From Massalongia carnosa (taxonomy: Eukaryota), in assembly GCA_965645245.1 (NCBI GenBank), contig OZ287072.1, positions 2,790,001-2,841,077 on the forward strand: DNA of 51,077 nucleotides, in the 5' to 3' direction. How positions within the stretch are numbered: the first letter of the stretch is position 1; every line of letters starts with the position of its first letter. Shown here piece by piece: positions 1 through 11,227 of this stretch. Below the pieces are notes generated by a model. That model did not search any database. It saw only the letters and a program-made list of their open reading frames with translations, and was not told where the DNA came from. The position numbers and the translations under genes were made by a program.

Positions 1-2411
1 CCTTCTAGGCCGTCACCTATAACCTCTATTGAAGGCAGGGTTATTGGTGGTCGGTTTTCGTCTCCTACAAGTGGAATAGCTTCAAAGAGAGCTAGAGCGA
101 GCCGTAGTTGGATATGGGATTGGGGCACCAAGGCAGAGAGGGAGGGCAAGGCCTATTGGGTGTGTAACAAATGTAAAGTACCAGATTTATACTTATTTGC
201 CATGTTTGCTATGAAAATTTGTATAGAACTCAGTGTAATTCCGCCCATTTTATATGTACCGAACCATCGAGTTGTCATTTTAACATGTACTATACATTTG
301 TCCAATATCTATTTAATTTATATTAGCGATTATTAAAGCTAATTAACTACAGGTGTTGCAGACGGTTCTAATACTGAGTATATGATCACAAACGGCACTG
401 CTTCATGTGGAGAGCACTTACGAAAGGACCATAATCTTGTTCCACCTAAGGAAGCAGCTGCTAGGGCCTCTATCTCTGTTGTTGAACATCTTCAGCAAGG
501 GGTAGTAGTTGCTCCTTTTAGTCCAGAAGTCTTTCGACAAAAGCTCTTACGATTTCTTTGTATTTGTCATATTCCTTTTGCAATTGTAGAGCAGCGTGCT
601 TTTCGAGACCTGCTTTTATATTCAAGTCCGTATTTACGAGGCAATGATACACTCCCCAAGTCGGGCAATTCCATTAAAGCTGCACTATTAGAGATATTTC
701 TAGCTTGTCAACTTGTATTGATTCAGTTATTAGTGGAAAGCAACTGCCAAGTCCATATATCCTTTGACTTATGGTCGTCTCCTAATAATTTCTCTATGCT
801 AGGTCTTTGCTGTCACTTTATTGATCGTTCCTGGCAAGCACGTACAGTGATTCTTGGCATGAAGCGTCTTATTGGACCCCATAGTGGAGAGAATATGTCA
901 AAATTAATAGTCAAGGCCCTTGAAGTTTATAAACTAGAGGGTAGGCTCGGCTACTGTGTTTTGGATAATGCCGGTGATAATGACACTTGCTTGAGAGCAG
1001 TCGAGGAACATCTCCTTTTGCAGGGAGTTAGGTGGGACGCTGATACTCACCGACTACGTTGTTTCGGCCATATCGTTAATCTCGTGGCAACTGCATTCTT
1101 AGAGAACAAACCTACGAAGCAAGCGCGTCAACGACTCCCAGGGGAGCCCAAGGCAGTCTGGAAACGTCCAATAGATGCTATTACGAAGCATCATGTGATT
1201 ATTGTCTTTATAATGGCCACCGCTCAAAGGATCGAGCAGTTTGAAGGGATTAATAAGACGATTCAAGACCCTCTCTTGCATCCAATTAAAAAGCAAATCA
1301 TTAGATGGTTTTCAACTCTTAATATGCTTCGACGGGCCATTCAACTCAAAGACTCTCTTGATCTATTCGTCCATCGTAACTCTGAGCAATCATTTACTGA
1401 GAAGACTCTTTTTGATTCGCAAATGACGGTTGACGATTGGAACTACGCCAAGGAAGTGATTGCTTTTATGGAACCACTCGAAGAGCTTATGATGAGTTTA
1501 CAAGGAAGAGAGATGTCTGGTATATTATATAAGCTTTAAATAACTCGATAATCACTAAGCTTTTAATACGAAATAATGGTTACGCTCACCAAGTGCTCCC
1601 TTCATATGATTTAATAAAAAAGGGGATGGAAGAGCAGCTATTTGGCTTTGAGCTTGATGAAGTCGATCAGTCAAACCCACAGGAACTAGCTAGTAAACGA
1701 CTGGAACTGAACATTATTAACGCCATGCAAAAGCTAGAGAAATACCGTCAACTACTCACTTCCCCTATTTATTTAATGGCCGTCGTCCTGATGCCCTGGT
1801 ATAAGTGGAATTATTTTGAGGATAGTATGAGTGCTAGTGACCTTGCTCAAGCTCGTACGAAGGTCCAAAAACTTTGGCAAGACTTATATGCAAATATAGA
1901 GGTTGCTGAAGATGATACACCGTCACCTGGAAGTCAAAATAATAAGGCATATTAACACTTATTAATATAAAAACACGGCTAACTATATTTGTAGCACGCT
2001 AAGCCCTCCCTTTTGAAGGAACACCTTAAAAGGAGTACAATCAAAGCTTAATCCACTGTCAGAGATGAATATAGACGGTACTGTAATACAGAACCAGTTG
2101 ATGAAGATGGTTGCGGGTTCTCTGGCCACTTAGAATGGTGGAAAGCTCACGAGCCTCACTATCCTAGACTAGCTCAAATGGCTAGGGATATATTCTCTGT
2201 GCCTGGCATGAGTGCAGAGGTCGAACGCTTATTCTCTTCGTCCAAATTGATGATTCCAGATCATAGGAATCGTCTAAAACCCGACTTTATTGAGGCAGGA
2301 GAGTGTATTAGAAGCTGGGCTATGGGTAGGCTAGTTCTAGGAGACTATTTCGAGTACTTACCAGCGTACCAGAAGGCAGAAGAGAAGTTCGGGGATCAAG
2401 GGAACCCATAA
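1..2411 (+). pseudogene. hAT transposase (BED finger, DDE core, hAT dimerisation domain), intron-containing, disrupted
   Basis: BED finger SWIWDWG...YWVCNK|C...HLRKDH restored in frame by a GT-AG intron at 173-352. Motifs SFDLWSS, DNAGDND, RLRCFGH, RW, LEWWK...YPRLAQMARDIFSVPGMSAEVERLFS. In-frame TAA at 2049-2051; the in-frame acceptor for the intron starting at 1520 reads AC (1568-1569); the third donor reads GC (1947). Confidence 0.85.
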
Positions 2412-2830
2412 GAGGTGGGATGAGTGCATGGTTGCCAAGGGGACTAGAAGTTGATATTTGCTATGTTTGATGGCAAATTTGGCATTGCTGGAAAGGTTCT
2501 TTTAGGTATCATTTGAGTTTTTCCTAGTTAATTTTAGTTGAAAGGTTCAAAAACTACTTTGAGTTCGTGGAGAACAAATGCAAAAACACTCCTTCCTCAT
2601 CACTTCAATATCGCAACCTCAATCTACCACCTATATTTCAGACTCTACCCCCTAGCCGAGGTTTACCGGGCCATGGAAGGTGCGAAAATCCAGCGAAAAT
2701 CATCAAAACACAAAGGTCGTCGTCCTCGCTTAGCTGGGTCGTCGTCTCGATTAGGCAATTTGTATCTACTACAAAGTAGTTTTACGCTCGAGGGAGGTTC
2801 CGGAAAGGTTTGTACGCACTGCACTTTAGT

Positions 2831-3071
2831 GGAGTCCATGGAGTCCATGGATTAAATGGATTAAATGGATTTAATCCAGTGGAGTCCACTGGATTAACAC
2901 CACTGGAGATCCATGGACTCCGATCCACTCCATCCATTAAATATATTCCTTAATGGAGTCCAATCCATTAAGGTTTAATCTTAATTGACTCCAATCCATA
3001 TAGGTCTAGACTTAATGGATTGGATTGGAGCGCCACTCCAATCCAATCCAGTCACTCCATTGCGAACAATG
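2831..3071. repeat. hAT subterminal short direct/inverted repeat field and right terminus
   Basis: Multiple copies of GGAGTCCA, TGGATTAA and CTCCAATCCA in both orientations within ~240 bp. Confidence 0.75.
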
Positions 3072-3396
3072 ATCTGGGTGGTGATCTGGATGTTAGATAA
3101 ATGGTTGACGAAAGATAGTCTAGATAATGTGCAAAAGGTGCTATAAGAGGTGAAAATTCAGTTCACGAAGAATGTGGCGAAGGGCCGTTGCGGAGCGTCG
3201 ATGAACAGGTCTGGGGCAGGAATTAGGCTTTTCGGGGGTGCTTACTATATTCAGTACTATCGTCTCCGCAAAGAACACTGTTATCCTCTGCTATGTCCGC
3301 CGTTTTCAACGCTTCAGTTCTGAAGTGCCACGGACTCGTTGCCGCTTCCATGATACCTGGTAACTATTGTTAATGGTTAACGGATATTATTATACT

Positions 3397-3696
3397 ATCC
3401 CCCCATGAACAATCTTGAAAACATGGGATTTTGCAAGGGCGGTACGGGGTTATGTGCTAGTGTGAAAACAGGCGTGGATACAGGCTTGTCGCCAATCAGA
3501 CAGTCGAATCTAATGAATATTTGGGGAAGGTAAAATCACTAAGGGATTCGCTCTAAGGCTGTACAGTAAAAAATATTTACATGTCCTGATTGGCTCGAAG
3601 CCCTGGTTTTCCACCCATGTGCTGTCCTGTCAAGTCATCACTCCCGTCCTCCCCTTGCAAAAAACCCATGTTTTCAAGATTGTTCGGAGGGGGGAT
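3397..3696. mobile_element. ~300-bp MITE-like element with ~50-bp imperfect TIRs
   Basis: ATCCCCCCATGAACAATCTTGAAAACATGGGATTTTGCAAGGG at 3397 is the near reverse complement of CCCTTGCAAAAAACCCATGTTTTCAAGATTGTTCGGAGGGGGGAT ending 3696. Non-coding interior; no clean TSD. Confidence 0.65.
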
Positions 3697-4008
3697 TAAC
3701 CTTTTACAAAGATGATCTACAGTAAGCCAATATCAACTAACCCTAATCTAACAGCTAACAGGATTTTCTTGATCTTACAGTGGCTGTTTTAATCTAACAG
3801 GAACCGTTAGCATATCATAAAAAAGTCAACGATCCTAAAACGCTAGATTTGGTTGTAATGGCAAACTTGGTCGTTCTACTTTTCGCGTCGATCTCTTCTA
3901 CTTTACTCGTTTCCCAAATCCACAGGTATTTCATAATCCTTGTTGCTCCTTTTTTTCACTATATCAACATCAAAGGCAACCACTATCAACAACCCACAAA
4001 GAATCAAA

Positions 4009-6021
4009 ATGGTACGAACCTCCCCAGGATGTATAGAAACCAACGCGTATCGGCTGACTTTGCTTTTCCTTGGAGAACTCTCAGGATTTTGATGATTCGC
4101 CTTCCAAGGAAGACTTGCCTACATTGACACAACTAAAACGCTCTCGTACACAATTTGATGAAAAAAACACTTACGGAGACAACAAACGCTCACATCGCCT
4201 GTCTTGTGTGGACGAGTTGGCTGAATCTGGTACTGGCAACGACTCAAGCGATGAGAGTTTCCAGCCGAGTGTAAATAGTACAGTCATGAATACATGTATC
4301 GGGTTCTGACTTAGAACAGAAAACGCTGATAACTAAGTATGTGGCGAGGACATTACGGGCCGGCGCAGGCCGTGGTATTCAATACAGCTCAAGTTCTCTA
4401 TCTCGAAGGAGCTCCTTACGAAGGGAAACGTTCCCCTCGTCTCCACCGAGAAACCCTTCCCGCGCGCTAGATAATATCTTGTCGCCTTCACAAATACGCA
4501 CTCGTCGGGGTTTGCCTGCGACACTCTCCTCGCAAACTCTCGAGATTTCAAAGGTCCTCCCGATCAAGTCTACTTCCGGCACAAGGGCTGGCATAACGGA
4601 AGACGAGACAGTCTCCGAAATCCAAAAATATAGATGTTTATCGTTTACTCTGGGGTGACATATGGAGGCGAACCAAGTTCAACTCTAGCCCTGCTCATCA
4701 ACTAATAATACGTGCCATGATTCCTTTTTTCAACGCTCTGATAACGTCCGGACACGCGGTTGAATTATGTTCGCCTTGGGCGACTACAGAAGCCTCGATT
4801 GAGCAAATTAATGAGTCGTACTTGGCAGGACCTTGCGAAGCGTCTCGGTGACCTTCCTGGCAACCGGAACGTCGACGTAACAGAGCTTCCCACCGCCAAA
4901 GAGGCTGGCAGGGTAGGTGAGGTCTTGCTTAAAACGGATTTTTACATATAAAAGCTAATCTGAGACTTGATTTATGATTCGACAACGCATTTTCGCTCTC
5001 AAATGTTGAGCAAAGTGAGATTGCTTGAGGCTAACGAATATCCGTTCTCAGTTCAGAGCGACTGTCGAATATTCGTGTCCACTTTGCTAGACGATCTTCA
5101 TTTTCTGTGCGAAGATTTATCAACGGTTAATATGTCCTAGTTATCTTGATATAAAGTTTAACTAAATTGCGATTAGGCTCCGAAAAAGCAGTTTCTCGCG
5201 CTTGTCTTGATAAAGGCAGTTACTCTGATATTCTTCAATAACGACAATAACTGCAATTATGGACGCAATACCGACACTGCGCATTTGTTCAATCTACTTC
5301 GAGGAGAAGTGATCGTATTGATAACAACTCTGGTTCAACATGCTATTGGAGAGTACGAATACGGGCAAAAAAAGGTACAGCCTTTTGATGGGTCACAGCG
5401 AGAGAGTAAGTTTGTATCAATATAATCATTGCTCAGTTGAGGCATTAATACTGAAAAGAAATCAATACTCGAATGACGATAACCTGGAATCAACAGTCCT
5501 CGGAGAGAAAGATGTTGTTACAAAGTATCATTCATCGGCGAAATATGCGTTAGACTAGACAAAGAGATGGAGACTTTCGGCGGTCACAAAAGCTGTCCAC
5601 AATCTATTTGCCAGTTCTTGACGATCAAAGAAGGAAACCTCTTCACCTAGACCGCCGCAGTTGATAAGCCACGAGGTATGCAATCTTATTAACCGCGTTC
5701 TAACGTGGTATTAACATCTCTCCTAGAATTCTTCGCAACGTGAACCCTCACAATTAAAGCACAGCGCATCAAGTTCATCCTTCGTAAGTACTCGCTTTGT
5801 TTGTAGAATATCTGTTAGTCTAACAATTGCGTTGGAAACAGATTAACGACAAGATATGGTCAACTCCAACTCCACTCGCGCAAGACGCAATCGTGACGAC
5901 AGATTCGGGTCAAGAAGATGCGGTAGATTACGATTTACGCATGAGAAAAGACGGGCGGATTCGGATGAGGTATGATGCAACGTGGAAGGAGTGGCAGACT
6001 GCTGTGGGTATGAAAGATTGA
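4009..6021 (+). pseudogene. Multi-exon, frameshifted gene resembling the fungal DUF6532 family
   Basis: ATG (4009) followed by intron 4012-4084; further GT...CTRAY...AG introns; Ser/Arg-rich N-terminus. Then FRSQMLSKVR...VSTLLDDLHFLCED and KQFLALVLIKAVTLIFF...YG...LFNLLRGEVIVLITTLVQHAIGEYEYGQKKVQPFDG, which resembles the DUF6532 pattern as I recall it. Frame changes near 4655 and 4815. Family call by eye only. Confidence 0.5.
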
Positions 6022-6520
6022 GAGTCGTTCTGGTATACTGTATCAACAATCCCAAGGCCGTATTGAGCTTTGAGGAGGAATAGAGTTCGTTTTTGAATCG
6101 GGTGGAACAGGTGCATAGAGTAATGATACGAAGAGGAAACTGGGCGCATTCTCAAGCAGATGAAGACTCTGCGAGGGAGGACGACAATATGGGAGTACTT
6201 ACATAACATTATTTAAACCAAATCATGATAATTTACTTGACTGGTGTGTCTTTATCGTCGTATCTTGCAGCATCAAGCGCTCGAAAAGAAAACAAAAGCA
6301 GTGCATTTTGACATACTCAAGATTTGTTACAATCGTTACTAAAACAACAAGTTAATGAATAAAATTATTGGATTCAAATGCTTACAATGACACAAAAGAG
6401 TCAATAAAGCATTTACCATCATTGGACAAAGAAAGGTAAAGGTAATCAATAGTCAAAGAGCAGCTGTTTACAGGTCAAATGTTCGACTATTCGTCAAGCG
6501 CCCATGTCAAACGTGGGCGC

Positions 6521-7005
6521 TGAAACGGGGAGACCTTCTCCCAGCAGGCATTCACTACTGGAAGATGGGATCCACAGGGGCTACACAACGTGATGGTCAC
6601 AATAGAGGTACAAAATAGGTAGGGTCGGGTCAAAGGGTAGACTAAATGCTACCCTTTTGAAGTGCTTGATCATTGATCTATATAGAATAGGACAATCCAC
6701 AACCTAAGCTCTTCTTCCGTACCTTGCCCATACTACCTGGTATTTTCGGTCTCCGAAATACTTCGGTCACCGAAAGACACAGGTAGATGAGACTAGGCAG
6801 GCGAGCTAGGGGAGGTGAGGCGAGGCGAGGGGATACTTCGTGTACTACGAAAACACCTCCATAATAAGTTAAGTCCCCCCACTATGCCTAACTGGGTTAG
6901 GCGGGACCTTATTGTCTTGGTGGTTGTTTTAGCTGTACATATCCCACATAGCCACATAGGCCAGTCTTACGTTCAACGAACGCATACTTGGCCTACCCTA
7001 TTACA
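6521..7005 (-). mobile_element. Solo LTR (family X, 485 bp)
   Basis: Reads TGTAAT...GTTTCA on the minus strand; perfect 5-bp TSD GGCGC (6516-6520 / 7006-7010); homologous along its length to the LTR at 47995-48468. Confidence 0.92.
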
Positions 7006-7250
7006 GGCGCAATCGGCAGTACCTAGAACATTTCGGCTAATTGACTAATGTAGCCTATTAGTCGACTATTGGACCAATTCGCGGGTCCTCCCGATTTCCC
7101 AATGATGGATATGTAATAATAAATGTATGTATGACCGTGATGTTCCTCAGAATTCAGTTAACTAAACCTTAATTTTTCGGGATTCGATCACTTAGTTAAT
7201 TTTCAGGGTCCAACCTCAGCTAAACTTTGTCTTAAAACCCAGGGCTAATA

Positions 7251-9837
7251 ATCGTCGACTCGCTTAGTGGGATCCGACTCGGAGGCCGTCGCCTCCTAGT
7301 CGGGGAAAGCGATTTGCATCCGGAAAGCGATTAGCATCCATTCAAACTGAAATTTTGACTATTTTTCAACTTTTACCCTCAACCACATTGATTTATTGAT
7401 TCTAAATTTCATATAAAGCTCGAAAGGCATCGTCATCATTAAAGCCGTCATTAAAATCAACCTTCTGACCCCCCTGACCCCCTTGACAAATTTGACCACC
7501 CTGATTATTTTGATCTTCCTGATACCCCGCATACCCCGCATCCCCCTCATAATTCGAAGCATCTTCCAATTCGAAACCTGGATCGAAGGACACAAAATCA
7601 TCTCGTAGCCATACTTCTTCTGGAATGTCCGGAATGTTCGAAATGTTCGAAATGCATCCATTTCTAGCTTCAGTCTCATCTACAATAAATGTGACGTCTT
7701 CTTCAACATTGACACGAGCAGATGCAGATGGATTCTTTCTGGCTTCTTTTTTCGCTTCCTCAGCTATCTACACCTCATTCGTCGCTTTCCTTAATGCCTC
7801 GGGGTCAGGAATCTCCTCATTCATCTCAATTGAGATGACACCGAGCCCTTTCTGCATCTCTTTTAGTCGTTTGACTCGATCCCTTTCTGCTTTTCGAGCA
7901 GTCACCCCTGTAACATAAATTTCGTCTCTTTCCGTTCTCCACAACTTCATGAAGTTATTGTTCTCATTCATCTTCTCAATTTTCCTGATCTTTTTGTATC
8001 TTCATGGCTATAGCTTGCTTCGCATCTTCAGCGGTTATTCCCAATCTTCCGATTTCAGGTCTCAATCTTTTACGAGATATTCGTCTGCTGTTTAGCTGAT
8101 TCGTTCTTCGCTGCTGATATATTTCATGCACCGCTTCGCCGAGTATAGACTTCGAAATGATCTCTTTCGTACCAGCTATAAAAGAATCAAATTCCCCTGC
8201 TCGGGCGGGATCACTCTATTGCATAGATTCTTGAATTTTTGACCCCCATTGCCGCATTATATTTTCTATTTCGACCATATCCCTAGGTTGAATTTGACGA
8301 GGTAGAGGAAGTGAGGGCTGATCAGTCAGATCAGATTTGTTCAGACTAGAATGATCGAGAATGACTCGTTTCAGCTGACGAATTTATGCTTCTGGATTGA
8401 CCGGCCACATTCCCCAAGTTTCAACTGCATGTCGGATTGTAGAAGCTTTGAATGTCTGGTTTCTAAGTTTGATCAAATCCTGAAGATACCGAGTAAGGGA
8501 ATACTCGACAATTGACGATGCAACATTCTCCTCAATAGCCTGTTGATGCAAGTGTTTATACGGCTGAAACACGCCGACATCTAATGGCTGCATGCAATGA
8601 GTCAAATGTGTAATTAGTGGGTAGGTACGAATGTGATTTTCATTGGCCAGAAGTACAAATTCAGGAGTAACTTGACTGCTATGATTATTTATCAGGAGCA
8701 ATTTCCAATCTGCTTTAGGTCTTGCATCCGAATTTTGAATGAGATGCTTCAAATATTCAATTGCTATCTTATCAGATGTGAAACCACTGTCGGAAGGCAC
8801 AATACGCGTGCCCACCGGCAAATCCTCCGAAAACTTCGTCGCCATGATTTCCTGACCCTGTATGATGATCATGAGGGGAAGGGGATAGTCGCCAGCAGCA
8901 TTGATCGTCTAAATGACCGTCGCAGATCTGCGATTCTTCGGGCTGACGGCTTAGAATTGCTTGATTTCCATAGGAACGTAGATCTCCTGACCATTCATGC
9001 ATCCAATTCGAAAACCAGCTTCATCAAAGCTTAGAATGTTTCGTCTTCTTCTGATTTTCAATTCCCTCAATACCTCTTTATAGCCATCAAACTATTTAAT
9101 CATATCTGATTCTTCAGCGGCTTTAAAGCGAACCATTGGTAATAGTTTGGTCTTAATCTTGTGTATATTTCTACGTTTCCACCAAGACCGAAACCCTCGT
9201 CTTGATAGAGCTTTTAATTTATGAGTCTTTCTCAGACTTATAATTGCATTAAAAGCTATGTGATGCGTAGGTGGAATTCCATGTATCAATAAGGATTTAA
9301 TGAATCCATCTAAAGCCCTAGCTTCATGCTCTTTCAGTATCTGATTTTCTCCCCCCTTTTTTTTCCTTTCTTTTTTCTGTCCTTCTTTTGGATGACGACG
9401 AACAAAAGACGTCAACGTTTTAACGTGACATTGTAGATTTTTGACGCAGCAGCCTTGCTTTCTTCGGGATGATAAATCAGAAATTGTTTCGCATCTTCCA
9501 ATCTTTCCATGGGGCTGAGAGTGGAAACCAAGATTGAGGCATTATTTTCCATGGTACGAAGGGTGGTTGAAAACGTCTTTTCGAAAGTTGCAATTGCGAT
9601 AATAAAGGATCGGAAATTGAGGGGGGGGGATAATTTTGATGACAACGATGACGACGACGATGCTTTCAAGCTTTTTACGATATTAAGTAATGATTGATCA
9701 ATGTTGTTGAGGGTAAAAGGTGAAAAATAGTCAAAATTGCAGTTTGAATGGATGCTAATCGCTTCCGGATGCAAATCGCTTTCCCCGACTAGGAGGCGAC
9801 GGCCTCCGAGTCGGATCCCGCTAAGCGAGCCGACGGT
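7251..9837 (-). mobile_element. pogo/Fot1-type (Tc1-mariner superfamily) DNA transposon with ~140-bp TIRs
   Basis: TA|ATCGTCGACTCGCTTAGTGGGATCCGACTCGGAGGCC... (7251) mirrors ...GGCCTCCGAGTCGGATCCCGCTAAGCGAGCCGACGGT|TA (9837). TIR similarity extends to ~7392 and ~9697; TA TSD on both sides. Confidence 0.92.
7620..9552 (-). pseudogene. pogo/Fot1 DDE_1 transposase, frameshifted
   Basis: HTH-like N-terminal fragments (ORFs 9412-9774 and 9092-9415); FDEAGFRIG near 9000-9028; WKLLLINNHSSQ...HLTHCMQPLDVGVFQPYK in ORF 8384-8872; several frame breaks. 3' boundary approximate. Confidence 0.85.
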
Positions 9838-10298
9838 TAATCATCCGAATTTCAAAACATCGACAGCTTTAGAATGCGCTTGATCAGCTTATTAATCAAA
9901 CTAAATGTCATGCTTAGGTACAAAACAGGAGGTGCGGAGCCATATGCCCTAACGAGGGGTGTTAGTGTATCCGGCCACGCGGTGCGAAAAAAAGTTGATA
10001 TACCAAAACTCATCAGTACGCATAAAACTACACAACTATCAAAGCTTCAACATAATATAGAAAATCAACAACAGATGAACCAGTAAAACAGACTTGATAG
10101 AGTAATAGAGTTATGTGATCAAATTCACCTTAACTTTTTTGAAATATATTACTTAACGATGTAGCCTATCATAGTTAATTATCAAGCTGGTTATCGCTTA
10201 GATATGCGTAAGCTTTCCAGCTTATTTGTTAGGTAGGTTTACGTTCTAAAGAGAATCGTTTTGGATTTGATAAATTGATCTGCTTTATCTAGGATGGT

Positions 10299-11009
10299 TG
10301 TTGATGATAGAAATCATCTCTAGCTAAATATCTATTTTATTTTATCACATCACCTTTTGTGCGTACTCGGTAGCCAGCTATTCACTAAGTGCAGCACTTG
10401 CTAACCGAGTGACACTTCTATTAGTAGTGATATTGGCAGGCCACCTACTAATTAGTGTGGTCTAATCGGTTAACACACCCCCTTGGTGAAGATCTTCTTC
10501 TTCTCTATGGAGAAGATCTTTATCAACCTCTTTAGTATTGTCATTCTCCGCACCCCGATGTCGAGTAGCCTCACGAACTCTTTATGACGTTGAGGTGGTA
10601 GTGATTTGATTAATTCGCCAGCTAGAATATTGGTGGTTGATACCCATTCTATGCTTATCTTTCCAAGAGCGATCACCTGTCTTAGCTAGTGTTTGTGAAT
10701 ATCCACCTTCCTCAGTTTGGTAATTAATCGATTGGTGGTTGGTGCTCTTATGGTCTGCATATTATCACATTGAATGCTAGTGATATGATTCAACTCCAGA
10801 TGGATGGATTGGAAAAATCGAGTCCACCAGATTAGCTCCTTGCCTGCTGCAGATATAGCTAGTAATTCGGCTTCAGTGGAGCTGGTCGTTACAGTCCTCT
10901 GTTTGGAAGATTTCCAATCTATCATTCCTTTGTAGAGTTTAAATGCGTATCCCTGAGAGCTATATCTAGTAATCGTATCGTCAGCAAATGAAGCATCGCT
11001 GCTTGCTAG
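10299..11009 (-). mobile_element. Ty1/Copia 3' remnant (RNase H, PPT and probable 3' LTR)
   Basis: ASSDASFADD...SSQGYAFKL...WKSSKQRTVTTSSTEAELLA...CDNMQTI...VDIHKH; PPT AAGGGGGTG followed by TGTTAA at 10475 on the minus strand. The LTR end at 10299 (...TCAACA) is a best guess. Confidence 0.8.
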
Positions 11010-11227
11010 TGTCAGGGTCCTGAGGTCACCTGACATCAGACTAGCATCGATTAGGTAATGTGCCGAGGAACCGACTTTTCAGGGGTTATATAGAACTCCG
11101 CCCGAGTAAAGCTTTTAGACTTCGTCTGAAGATTTTGGTGTAGAACTAGGCTATTGAAATTGAACTCGATTTATCCCTCACACAATCTTCAGACCTACAA
11201 TTAGAATCATTAGGCTAATCAGAGAAC

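Larger units (their letters stand above)
1..3071 (+). mobile_element. hAT-superfamily DNA transposon, right-hand part (left end outside window)
   Basis: hAT transposase exons at 1-2411; dense GGAGTCC/TGGATT/AATCCA subterminal repeats at ~2831-3060; putative terminus ...CACTCCATTGCGAACAATG ending 3071. TSD cannot be checked because the left end is missing. Confidence 0.8.

Noticed and set aside
2485..2530. U-rich hairpin downstream of the hAT transposase as another ENE
   Set aside because: The second U-run pairs with GGAAA and there is no convincing upper stem, so no U-rich internal loop is formed.
9950..10298. GAGGGG-TGTTAG as the PPT and start of another LTR
   Set aside because: No second copy, TSD or adjacent retroelement coding motif found; it could equally be the far end of the minus-strand Copia LTR.
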